Shown one piece after another: positions 43,101-55,700 of a stretch of 64,000 bases of DNA; position 1 is the first letter of the stretch; every line of letters starts with the position of its first letter. The DNA is from Octopus vulgaris (Eukaryota), in contig OX597814.1 of NCBI GenBank assembly GCA_951406725.2, forward strand, positions 174,158,001 through 174,222,000. Direction: 5' to 3'. The notes beneath the pieces were generated by a model. The model searched no databases. It worked only from the letters and a program-made list of their open reading frames with translations, and was not told where the DNA came from. Made by a program: the position numbers and the translations under genes.

Positions 43101-45452
43101 TACCCAACAATATATTAGTTCATTTCTGAGCTAAGAAATTATATAACCAGTGGTCTGCTATTGCTAAAAAGGTAGCCATGAACAAAATCAATTTGAACAG
43201 AAGCTATTAAAATGTGATAGGCTTTTAGATAAGATTTTATAAGTAGCTTCTAAAAAATGAATAGAGAGTAGATAGAAACAGAGTTTTATAAGCATATCGC
43301 TCACCTATAGATGATTCTTTAGTAAATCAATGTAATTGAATACTGTAAACTCAAACCTATTAATCATTAATTACAATGCAAATAGAGACCATTATGTATA
43401 TGCTGGTTAATATCCTGTTTGACATGGCCATTACACAACTGTTATTTGGAACTTAACAAAACTGCCATTGAAAAAGATGAAATCTGAACTAATGCCAACA
43501 TTGGTAGTTGCTAACTAGCCAAAAGTAAAGCAGTTGTCAAAGAGAGAGACTGCAATTAATTTTGATTGGAAACTAATGATTTCTAATATAAGTACAAGTA
43601 TAAAAATTTGAGAGGAAACAATTATATCAACCCCAATACTTCATTGGTACTTATTTTATGGGTCCCAAAATAATCTAAATGAAAGTTGACTTTGGCAGGA
43701 TTTGATATCAGAACATGATCTGCAGACCCATATTGGAGTATGGGATTCAAGCCTCTTCTCCTTATCTCCTCAAAGACATACAGCATCTCGAAAGAGTCCA
43801 GAAGCTGGCTACCCGCATGGTTCATGGTCTCAAAAATTTGTCCTACAAAGAAAGGCTGAGGACGCTCGACCTTTATTCTCTTGAAAAACGCCGCCGCCAT
43901 GGTGATCTCATTCTCGCCCACAACATCATAAGCGGAAAGTGTAACCTCTCGAAAGAGCTGTTCTTCACTCCTGCTCCAGAGCGTCGTCGGCTGCGGGGTC
44001 ATTCCGAAAAGCTCTACCTGCGACGATTTCATCTCAATCGAAGGAGAGGAGCTTTCTCCGTCCGGGTTGCAGATCCGTGGAACAAGCTGCCAGACGAGAT
44101 GAAGATGCCGACGACCGCTTTGTTCAAAGCCTCCCTGGACCTCAAGTGGCCTGAACTCTTTACATGAACACCACCCTGTACTTAACTCCATGTCCCCCTA
44201 CATGGCCTTGCTATTTGCTTTTGAGCCAAATTAACTAACTAACTAACTAACTAAATACTGCAAAGTATTTTGTCTGTCACTACTGACTGCCAATTCATTG
44301 GGCTAGATTGAATAATAAACATTTTAAGACAATAATAAAGCTTGGATCTGTGGTGGCATAGAACACTATTAGCTAATACAAATAGGATTAAAAAATTATG
44401 CAATTAAAAATTTGATTAATTGCCTTTTTAAATTCAGTGTTAAGTTCAACATTCACTTTTGTTGAACTGCTTTACAAGGATATGTTCAAACTGCTCATTA
44501 ACACCCAATACTTATCTCGTTACGATCCTGTGGGATGACGTCAGCAGCTGGGGAGCTGACCAGAACTTGGGGATGACTGGAAGAGGAAGGGGCAGGAGTG
44601 ACGTGTGCGAAGGCAGGGGAGCATTGGGCCTTTTCGATCGGGGTAGCCAACAGAGCTGGATGTGAGTGCTTTGTCAAGGTAGGGGAAAAGTAGCTGCTAT
44701 TTCTAGCATTTGGGTCAGGCCACATGGAAGGGTGCATTACCGCTGGAGACGCCTGCATCGACAAAGAGAAGGTAGGTGTCCTTATTTCAAATCTCTCGCA
44801 TACACCACAGATCCTACAAGGGAATCTATGTAGTCACACTATCAGCTGGAAATAACAGTTGAACCATAACCTTCCCACACCATAAAAAAATGATGGTCAT
44901 ACTGGTTGGTGTAGTTTCATCATCATCATTTAACATCTGCCTTCCATGCTGGCATGAGTGAGACAGTTTGACAGGAGCTGGCCAGGCAGAAGCCTGCACC
45001 AGACTTCTGTGATTGTTTTGGCATGATTTTTACAGCTGGATGCCCTTCCTAACACCAACTACCCATGGCTATATATATATATATATAAAGCACCATTCGA
45101 GTGTGGTTGTTACCTGCGTTGCCTTACTGGCACTTGTGCTGGTGGCATGTGAAAAAACATTGGAGCAAGGTCGTTGCCAGTTCCGCTAGACTGGCTCCTG
45201 TGCAGGTGGCACATAAAAAGCACCATTTGAGCGTGGGCGTTGCTAGTACCGCCTGACTGGCCCTCGTGCCGTAAAAGCACCCACTACACTCTCAGAGTGG
45301 TGGCGTTAGGAAGGGCATCCAGCTGTAGAAACTGCCAGATCAGATTGGAGTCTGGTGCAGCCATCTGGTTCGCCTGACCTCAATCAAATCGTCCAACCCA
45401 TGCTAGCATGGAAAGCGGACGTTAAACGATGATGATGATGATTATATATATG

Positions 45453-45495
<43 letters not shown>

Positions 45496-48400
45496 GGCGT
45501 AGAAGTGGCTGTGTGGTAAGTAGCTTGCTTACCAACCACATGATTCCGGGTTCAGGCCCACTGCGTGGCACCTTGGGCAAGTGTCTTCTATAGCCTCTGG
45601 CCAACCAAAGCCTTGTGAGTGGATTTGGTAGACAGAAACTGAAAGAAACCCATCGTATATATGTATGTGTGTGTATATGTTTGTGTGTATATGTTTGTGT
45701 GTGTGTTTGTCCCCCCAACATCGCTTGACAACTGATGCTGGTGTGTTTACATCCCCGTAACTTAGCGGTTCAGCAAAAGAGACCGATAGAAAAAGTACTA
45801 GGCTTACAAAGAATAAGTCCTGGGGTCGATTTGCTCGACCAAAGGCGGTGCTCCAGCATGGCCACAGTCACATGACTGAAACAAGTAAAAGAGTAAAGAG
45901 TATATATATATATATATCCCAAACTACATTAACCAGTATTAAATAAAGAGAATGCTAGAACTCTTTATCAAAGCTGACTTTGAACTAAACAACTACTACT
46001 ACCACCACCAACAACCAATCCTTCAACTAAACATCAAGGCAGTGCTTCAACACATCTGCAGTCTAGTGACTGAAACAAACGATAAGACATGCACACATAG
46101 CTTTATAATAAACAAAAATTACAAAATAAATCAGTGCAAACAAATTTTCTGGTACTTCCATCCTGTCTCTTGACACCTAAGCTTACAATTGCCCTTCAGC
46201 TCACATTGAATTACTCTTTTACTTGTTTCAGTCATTTGACTGCAGCCATGCTGGATAACCGCCTTTAGTCGAGCAAATCGACCCCGGGACTTATTCTTTG
46301 TAAGCCCAGTACTTATTCTATCGGTCTCTTTTGCCGAACCACTAAGTGACGGGGACGTAAACACACCAGCATCGGTTGTCAAGCAATGCTAGGGGGACAA
46401 ATACAGACACACAAACACACACATATATATATATATATATATACATATATACGACAGGCTTCTTTCAGTTTCCGTCTACCAAATCCACTCACAAGGCATT
46501 GGTCGGCCCAGGGGTATAGCAGAAGACACTTGCCCAAGGTGCCACGCAGTGGGACTGAACCCAGAACCATGTGGTTGTTTAGCAAGCTACTTACCACACA
46601 GCCACTCAAAGTACTGAGCTCAGTTTTACTAAAACTTTTAAAAAAGGTCCCAGGATGGATGTTGTACAATGACTGAAACAAGTCGTACTTCTTCCATGCT
46701 GGGATGTAGAACAAACAAACAAAAAAATAAGTGTGCTTGATCAGAGCTGATCTGTAGTTATATATGCACAGGCGTGGCTGTGTTAAGATGCTCGCTTGCA
46801 ACCACATGATTTCAGGTTCAGTCCCACTGCATAACACTTTGGGCAAGTGTCTTCTACTATAGACCTAGACTGACCAATGCTTTGCGAGTGAATTAGGTAT
46901 GTGGAAGCCTATCATACACGTGTGTGTCCTCCAACCACTGCTTGACAACTGGTATTGCTTCATTTATATCCAACTAACTTAGCAGTTAAGCAAATGGGTA
47001 ATAGAATAATAATAATGAGTAGTGGGGGTCAATTTGTTTAACCCTTCAGGAGAGCGCTCCAACATGGCCACAGTCCAATAACAAAGAAAAAAAGATACAA
47101 AAAAAAGGAAACTCACGAGTTTTCTCCTTTTCACAAGGAGCCTTCTCTGTACTTTGTGTAACTCTTTTAGCAGTTCTCACTTTAGAACTCAACGATACTC
47201 TGTCATTCCTCGGAGTAGCATTGGCTCTGATAACTTTACAGTTCACAGGAACTTTCTGCACAGAAGTTGGCATCTTCTCCCAACAAAATAGACTCTTTTT
47301 CTTCAGTACTCCAGCTTTACAGATAATCTTCGGTTCTTTGATAACATGTGTGGATCTTCTAGAAATAGATGTATCTTCTACTGAAATCATAGGAGTTTGA
47401 TGAAGATCGTAAATAATTTCTGAATTGGGAGAGGAGTACCTGCTATTCAAGGAGTCTGAAGATAAACCATTGTCAGATTTAGGAGATGCTTGTTTTTCAA
47501 TGAGATTTGATTCAGAGGGGTGTCCAAGCTGAGAAAGCATTTCGAGTTTTGTATTATCTTCTTTATCTTCCCTTTGGTGCACATCTTGAAAATCACTACC
47601 TGGCAACAGTAAGTTTGATCTGTTAGGACAAGCAGAAGTCTGGTGGTGACTTTCAATGGGAGAACTTGTCAGGAGGAAATTTGTTTGAATAGGGCTCACA
47701 CTGTTAATGCTGAGGGTTGTATTTTTAACAGAATTATCATAGACATGATAAGGAGGAGATAGTTGTGGTGGAGAAAAAGAAGTAACCACTGGTAAGGAAC
47801 CACTTGAAGTGGGAGATTTTTTTAATTTGTTTTTCCAGCTCCGCCTTTTTTGTTTTTTTACCAAATAAGTTTCCCGACGGGGACTCTGTTTACAAAATGA
47901 TGGCCCAGTGACTTCATCTGCCATCTGCTTTTGGCGCTTGGTTGTGACATAACTGTGTTGATATTCATTTGCATTTTCAGCACTTTCTACAGTTACATTC
48001 CTCACACATGTTAATACTTCCACCGCATTGTCAATTTCTATAGTTTTGTTTTCTGGCGAGTCTTCATAGGGCACACAGCTAACATTCTTAGAGATGGATG
48101 AAATTTCCTGTACTGAACACTCAGTTTTTAATTCCAAATTTGTAGTGACATTCTTACAAGAAACAGAATCATTTTTCTTGCAAGAGTAATTCTTGACAGT
48201 ACACTGATTTGGTGAAATTCTCTTCTTTGTAACCATCTTGGTAGAAACTGGTACTGTATTTTCTCGATTGGAAATTGTCTTGCTCTGAGTTCGTTTGGAG
48301 GAAACAGTCTTATACTGAATCTCTGTTGAGTTGTAAGACTTTATATTTGTCAAATTTGGTGTATGTAGAACAGAGAATGGCGTTTTTACACACGACATGA

Positions 48401-51400
48401 TTCCCCTGACCTGAAAGAAAAATGCAGGTTCATTACCTAACAATAACTCAAAACCATGCAACATTATATAGTAGATTACACAAATTACAGTTTATGAAGG
48501 TGACAGAGTTTACTAACCAAAAGGTCAACATTCAATAACTTGCTAATGGTGCTATAATTTATCCAGGGTTCAAGCCTATAGCAGCCAGTGCCTCAGCCTA
48601 TCAAGAAGTAAATAAATACAGCTGCTTATTCCAAGACTACCAAATAATGAACACTTCAGTAACTAGTAGTACTGGAGTCAAGTTATTTCTCCATGTTGAT
48701 AAAGGGTATCTCAAAACCACTTCAGCATAAACTTTAGAAGCAACAGTCACCAGAAATTGAAATTTCCCCACCAAATCTTGTAGCAGCTCTGCCACATGCA
48801 AAGAGACAAGACTTATATTCTTATGGATAAACGAATACACTGCACAGTGTAATATTATAATCAAAACAAACAGCAGTAATCACATGGAACAATCTTTTAA
48901 GAACCAAAAATCCAACACACTAACTCGAACTGTGGAACTAGCACAATGATTTTATTAAAACCACAGGAGTTAAACAAAGAGGGGACAATACACGGGGAAA
49001 ATAGGGGTCGGGGACTAGTTGGATGAGATTACATATAGTGAATAAAAACAATTGCAAATGAAAATGTAAGAATGAATGAACACGGAATGGGTTTGACCCC
49101 ACCAACCATATTCCGTTCACTTCGTCCCCCCCCTCCTCGCTTAATTAGGAATTTACATACCCAACAGTCAGACTACTTTCTTCCATTTTTTTGTACTTTT
49201 TGATGTCAGGCATTTCTTCTCCAGACATGCTTTCCCTCTTAGGTGATATAAAAAGAGGTTAACCAAAGCACACCCGGAGACAAAGGTGCTTGATGCAATA
49301 CCTCCTCCATGCACCTTCCAAATCACCTCTTTCACAGAATTTCTCTTTTAGAGAAGACGTCAGAATGATCTTAATAATCAACTCGGCCAACAGTTGTACT
49401 CTACCCAGCTGTGATAATACCCATTAGGTAGAAACCCACAGGTCAAAGAGACTCGGATACTGCACAATTGCATACAGAACAGTTTTGTTGCTCTGACTGC
49501 AACATGGGCATGTAGGCAAATCCATGACTTCATGCTTCATGAGTTTATCCTGAACTGACAAGGAACTTCAGAAGCACAGCCAAGGCAGGGGCCCCTGGAA
49601 GTTGTCCATAGGTCCTGGGCCGAAAGTGTTTGGCAAGCCAACTTTCCTTGAAACCCAGAGTCTCCCCCCCAGGCTGCCATCACACTTGCCCTCTACTGCC
49701 CATCTATAGTAAGCCGAGATGGTAACCCCTCTGCTGGCATTGCTCATTCAGGAGAGAAGCATGAGCGCTTGTTGACACTTGATGAAAGTCAGTATGTCAG
49801 GAACACTGTAACATGCAAATACTTCATCTAAGAACTTTATAGTTGCCTTAGAGATGGGTTTATAGCACCTGCAAACTTCTGGCCACTTAGTGCAGCTATC
49901 TACTACAATTGGGTAGTATGCACCGTTTACCAGTCCAGCATAGTCAATGTGTAACCTAGACCACGGGTTCTCCAGCTCTGGCCATGATTGATATTTTACT
50001 GGTGGGGCTTTGGCTGCAAGCGCACAACCTCAACATGTTCTCACCAAGTTTTTGATATCTCTGTCCATAGATGGCCAATAGACATAATTCATCATAACCT
50101 TCATCCTTGCCATTCCTGGATGTCCGCTGTGAAATTGTTGCAATACACCTTTTTGTAATGTAGTTGGAGCCACCATCAGAATATTGTCGCAAATTGAGAA
50201 ACTACTGGTATCTGAACTTTTGTTTATGTTTTAAAGCTTCATTTATTTTCATAATCTACTCATCACTTACAGCTTTCATTCTTATATCCTGTGCCATCAC
50301 TGGTAGTTATTGGATAACATTCGTCATAACACTTACTTTCACTTTCTGCCTGCAGGGTGGCTATAACAGTCTCTTCTAGTGGTTCCATAGTTTTTAGAAT
50401 TAATCACAAAAAAAAAATCCACATGACCGATATTTTTCAATGGGATGTATTGTATTTTGAAATTATAATTTAGTAATATTACACCCCAACATTGCAGGCA
50501 GTTCACAGTATCAGTCTAACCCCCTTTTTAGACCCATAAATCGAAAGCAAAGGTCTATGATCTGTTTGCAATAAAAAACTGCTATGCAAAAACCTGTGAA
50601 AATTTTTAACTGCAAAAATAATTGCCAGGGCTTCCTTTTCAATTTGATCATATCTCTTTTCTGCCGCTATTAGCAAGTGCGAAACATGAACCACTGGTTT
50701 TGTACTTCCATCTTCATATTTATGAAGCAGAACTGCTCAGAGGCATCACATATCCATTTCAGATCTGAGATCAGAATTTTTTTTTAATTCTTCAAAAGTG
50801 TTCTGGCATTTAGTAGACCAATTCCACTTTACAAAGAATAAGTCCTGGGGTCGATTTGCTCGACTAAAGGCGGTGCTCCAGCATGGCCACAGTCAAATGA
50901 CTAAAACAAGTAAAAGAGTAATCCTTTTTGTAGAGTAGGCCTCCACAACCATAACACAGATTGGGGCCTGACATTTTTTTTTCCATTGTGCTTCCCAGGA
51001 TGACATGAATTTTTATAGTCTTTATCTTGTATTTATTTCATGTTTAAATTTTACCATAGTCTGACATTCTTCTGTGATGGTCTTCTGAGATAGATCCTGA
51101 TTCATTTGCTCCATTTTCTAGAGAATCCTTATCCAAATTTCTCTATCTTCAGGTGCTTATAGTCCTTGCACAAAGATAAGTCAAGCCAAGTGAGATTGTA
51201 GTCATGGCCTAAGCCAGTGTTGCATAACGGGCCCGTTAAAAGCACCCTTCAATCCTTGGGCGATATGCTGTGCTTGTGGACACCTGTTGAACTGAGTGAA
51301 ATTGTTGTCATGGCTAATGCCAGTGCCACATAAAAAACACCGTTCAAGTGTTGGGCCGCATGGAGGCAGTGACAGGTGACCAAGACTCTTGGTGATATAC

Positions 51401-52563
51401 CATGTTTGTGTTGACCTGTCAAGCCAAGTGAGACCATAGTCGTGGCCAATGTCAGTATCAGGTCAATGGCACCCGTGCTGGTGGCACGTAAAAAACACCC
51501 CTTACACTCTTGAAGTTGGCATGCTTTTGATTATAGTTCAGCTCACGCAGGGTTGACCAGGAGTCAAACAGTGGTGTAACTTAATTAACAAAAATGAATG
51601 TGTCTAAATGTAAAGAACTTCCACTTCTTTTGACTTAAAGGGATGGTAAAAGTTTATTATCATTTAATATCCGTTGTCCATGCTGGCACAGGTTGGACGA
51701 TTTGACCAGGAACTGCACCAGACTCCAGTCTGATTTGACATGGTTTTCTACAGCTGGATGCCCTTCCTAATGCCAATCATCTGAGAGTCTAATGGGTACT
51801 TTTACATGCCACCAGTACAGGTTCCAGTTTGCATGACACCAGTATCTGCCACAACTGTGATTTTGCTCAGCTTGATGAGTCTTCTTCTCAAGCACAACAA
51901 TGCCAAAAGTCTAAGCCATTGGCTCTGTGAGGCCCAACACTCAGCAGGAACTTAGCCACTTTGCCTCCATGAATCCCTTGCCACTATCACTGCCTACTAA
52001 TTGTTTTGGGTTTTTTTTTGGGGGGGGCGAATTTTTGGAATAAGCAAACTACTTGACTGGTCGTCATTATATATATATATCATCATTTAACGTTCGCCTT
52101 CCATGCTGGCATAGGTTGAATGGTTTGAGGGGAGCCAACCAGGTAGAAGATTCCATGGTTTTTATAGTTGGATGCCCTTCCTAACACCAACCATCCCACA
52201 ATCAATAATGTTCAAGGTTTCAAAGAATGCAAAACCTGATAAATATTTTCGGGGGAGGGGGAGGCAAAAACAAAAGTCTATGGAGAGAAGGGAGATGAAC
52301 ATTTCCTCAATTCAAATTTTGAGGTAACATTTTGTAGAACCGTAACCTACGTTTAATACGTACACATTTGAGAGGAAAATCTTAGATTTTGACGAACTAG
52401 ATAACTATAGAATTATGTGTGTGAGTATACACACACACATTATATATATATATGTCTTGCAAACAACTTGCACATGCAAGTGCTACCAGTTAAAAGCTCC
52501 ATATATCGGAAGCTAGCAAGTGTATGGGGTCATCAGGAGAGAATGCGCGCCCAACACACACAT

Positions 52564-52594
<31 letters not shown>

Positions 52595-52723
52595 ACAGGA
52601 TGTCCCAAAAAAATGTATACACATAGTGGTTCGGCAAAAGAGAACGATAGAATAAGTACTACGCTTACAAAGAATAACAAATTTACAATTATTTAAGGCT
52701 TGTATACATTTTTTGGGGACACC

Positions 52724-52791
<68 letters not shown>

Positions 52792-55700
52792 CAAATGAAA
52801 TAAATGAAAAACAGGGCGCAAAGGATTTTGCGGTACATATGTTTCGGGCTTTATAGAACAACTTATTCTTACATCAATGCATAATTGATATAACATAATT
52901 GATGTTTTGCGTACCGCAAAATCCTTTGCGTCCTGTTTTTCATTTATTTCATTTGATACATATATCCTGTCACCTATGCCACTAGCTGGCATATAGAGGT
53001 GTTTACATTTATCAAGTATTCACCCTGAATTTATTATCTATATATATATATATATACACACACAACCAAACATGGGTGCTTGATTGAGAAGTTCGCTTCA
53101 CAATCGCATGACTCCATGTTCAGTCCCACTGCACGGTACCCTGTGCAAGTGTCAACTCTGGGCCAAGCAAAACTTTATGTTCGTAAATCTGCATGTGTGT
53201 ACATGTGCACGAGTGCATACGTCAGTGATTGTTTATACCTTCAGATTGCTTATTAGAAAGTCACGATGCTCGCGTGGTATTCTTGTCAGAGTTTCTCCAC
53301 CCCCTCAAAGTTGTTCCCCTTCATATACCCCAGGCTCCCATCAGGAGAGAGTGCACGACATATGCGCAAACACGTAGGAGCGAGCATCAGTAGTTCCAAC
53401 CTTTTCACTAGCAAGGACCCCTATTTACTTAAACCTAGCATTATCTTAGTAGGCCACCAGATACAGACTCCAACTTAGGGGTATATATTATAGCCATATT
53501 ATACAATAATTAAGAATAACGCAACGCTTTCTCTATACTCAAAACTGACATTTGCCGACACCAATCTATACAAAAACCTAGTTATCTTACTTTTGACATA
53601 AAGAGTATTAAACACCTAACACCGTCAGTAAGAAAAGTTAGGTGGAAGTGTGGCTTTATCAAGCTTTAGACAAAATCATTTGCCTTCCTACTTGCCAAGC
53701 AAGTTTGTGACAATGATACGGACGTTAGATCACTGGTGAAAGGCTCCACCCTCTTTTATATATATTTTTAAAGTATTCTAAATTGATAAAAGAGTACTCT
53801 CCCTTGCCTAAAGGTTTAACGGTTTACTTTTGTAATTGCTCATTTGAACCTATCGCATTCTCAAATGGTTGAATATATTTACAGGTTTTGCAATTTTATA
53901 AACAAATTGGTTTCAAATTAAAATAAACTTATGAACTTTCAGAGACTGGAGAAAGAGCAGTTTTTAATTTTACCACAAGGCCAGCAATTTTAAGAGGGAA
54001 GGGGTGAATCGATTACATCGCTCTCTGTTCAAATGCTACTTTATTTTAACGAGCCCGAAAGGATTAAAAGGTGAAGTTGACCTCGGCAGAATCTGAACCC
54101 AGAACATAAAGAGCAGGCTGCTGTGACAGAGAATTTTAAGTAATTAAGAGGAACACAGTTTTAAGACATTAGACAACTGTTCCCAGTAAAAGCAAGGGAT
54201 TTAACTAAGCCATCATAAAGGAAGGTTTCCAACAAATAAAGTAATGTTTACAAAAAACTACTATATGAAGTTAGAGTATACAAGAAATTCTAAAATATTA
54301 CATAAACTGTCCAACTACAAATCTTTCAAATTACAAAATCCCAGTTAATATTCAACACCCCAAAGAAACTAAAAACTAGGCTTTGTATGCGCTTTCTAGT
54401 TTCCAGTGTCCTGTGAAAGTTTATCTGGTTAAGAGCAGGGTGTTTTCTCGGGCAGATAGTATTAGTTATTACAACTGACAAACGTATCTAATTTCTTCAA
54501 ACAATCGTTTAAATTCATATCTAGTGAGTCTTTGACGCAAACTTATTCCTTAATACTTCAGTGCGGAGAAAATGAAACTGAATGAGTTTTCAATAATGAA
54601 AGTTGATGCTTATTTGACTCAGTCACTCCATTACAAAGTCTTCCCCGTAGGTTGTAACTCCAGTTGTATGCAATGCAGGCAAAATATTATAAAACGACCT
54701 GTATATTTTTCACTATTTCAGTAAAACCTAAATAGTTTTGCGACAAGTAAGCTCGCTTTTTATGCTGCACTGGGGAGATAAAACTGATTTGCTTCTTGCA
54801 AGATGTTACAGGAACACGACTAATGATAACTAATCAACGAACTTTATTAATCTTTTTGGACTGTTTCGACAGAGACAAAAACACCAGGGCTTTTCGCTAA
54901 AACCCAAGAAGCGGACTAGGCAGAGACAAAAACGCCAGGGCCTTTCGCTAAAACCCAAGAAGCGGACTAGGCAGAGACAAAAACGCCAGGGCCTTTCGCT
55001 AAAACCCAAGAAGCGGACTAGGCAGAGACAAAAACGCCAGGGCTTTTCGCTAAAACCCAAGAAGCGGTCTAGGCAGAGACAAAAACGCCAGAGCCTTTCG
55101 CTAAAACCCAAGAAGCAGACTAGGCAGAGACAAAAACGCCAGGGCCTTTCGCTAAAACCCAAGAAGCGGACTAGGCAGAGAAAAAAACGCCAAGGCCTTT
55201 CGCTAAAACCCAAGAAGCGAACTAGGCAGAGACAAAAACGCCAGGGCCTTTCGCTAAAACTCAAGAAGCGGACTAGGCAGAGACAAAAACGCCAGGGCCT
55301 TTCGCTAAAACCCAAGAAGCGGACTAGGCAGAGACAAAAACGCCAGGGCCTTTCGCTAAAACCCAAGAAGCGGTCTAGGCAGAGACAAAAAACACCAGGA
55401 CCTTTCGCTTACTGCATAGGACTACAGTTATAGTTAACTTGAGCAAACAATTGAAAAAAAAAAGTTGGGAGTGGGTGTGAAGGGGCTTTACCTTTGCTTG
55501 ATAAACCTATTTTATTATCAGTACTCGCAAAATCTGTTCGGCCTTGCAAAGAATTTCAAAATAGATTAAATTTTAGCAATTTATTTTAATTCAGTATTCT
55601 TCCTCGTAGAAGATATGCAGTAGAAGACTGGTTAAATGGGTAGGGGTGGATGGTTACCAACTAGCGAGCCAGGTGATAATTAAGGTGGGGTTTGAAAATG

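Noticed and set aside
43622-44191. 189-aa minus-strand ORF as an ASPM exon
   Set aside because: It is the antisense of a CR1 LINE fragment.
54830-55366. 178-aa repeat ORF ([17 protein letters not shown])n as an ASPM exon
   Set aside because: It is open only because the 51-bp unit lacks stops in that frame. I saw no convincing flanking splice sites, and exons 1 and 2 already join in frame.
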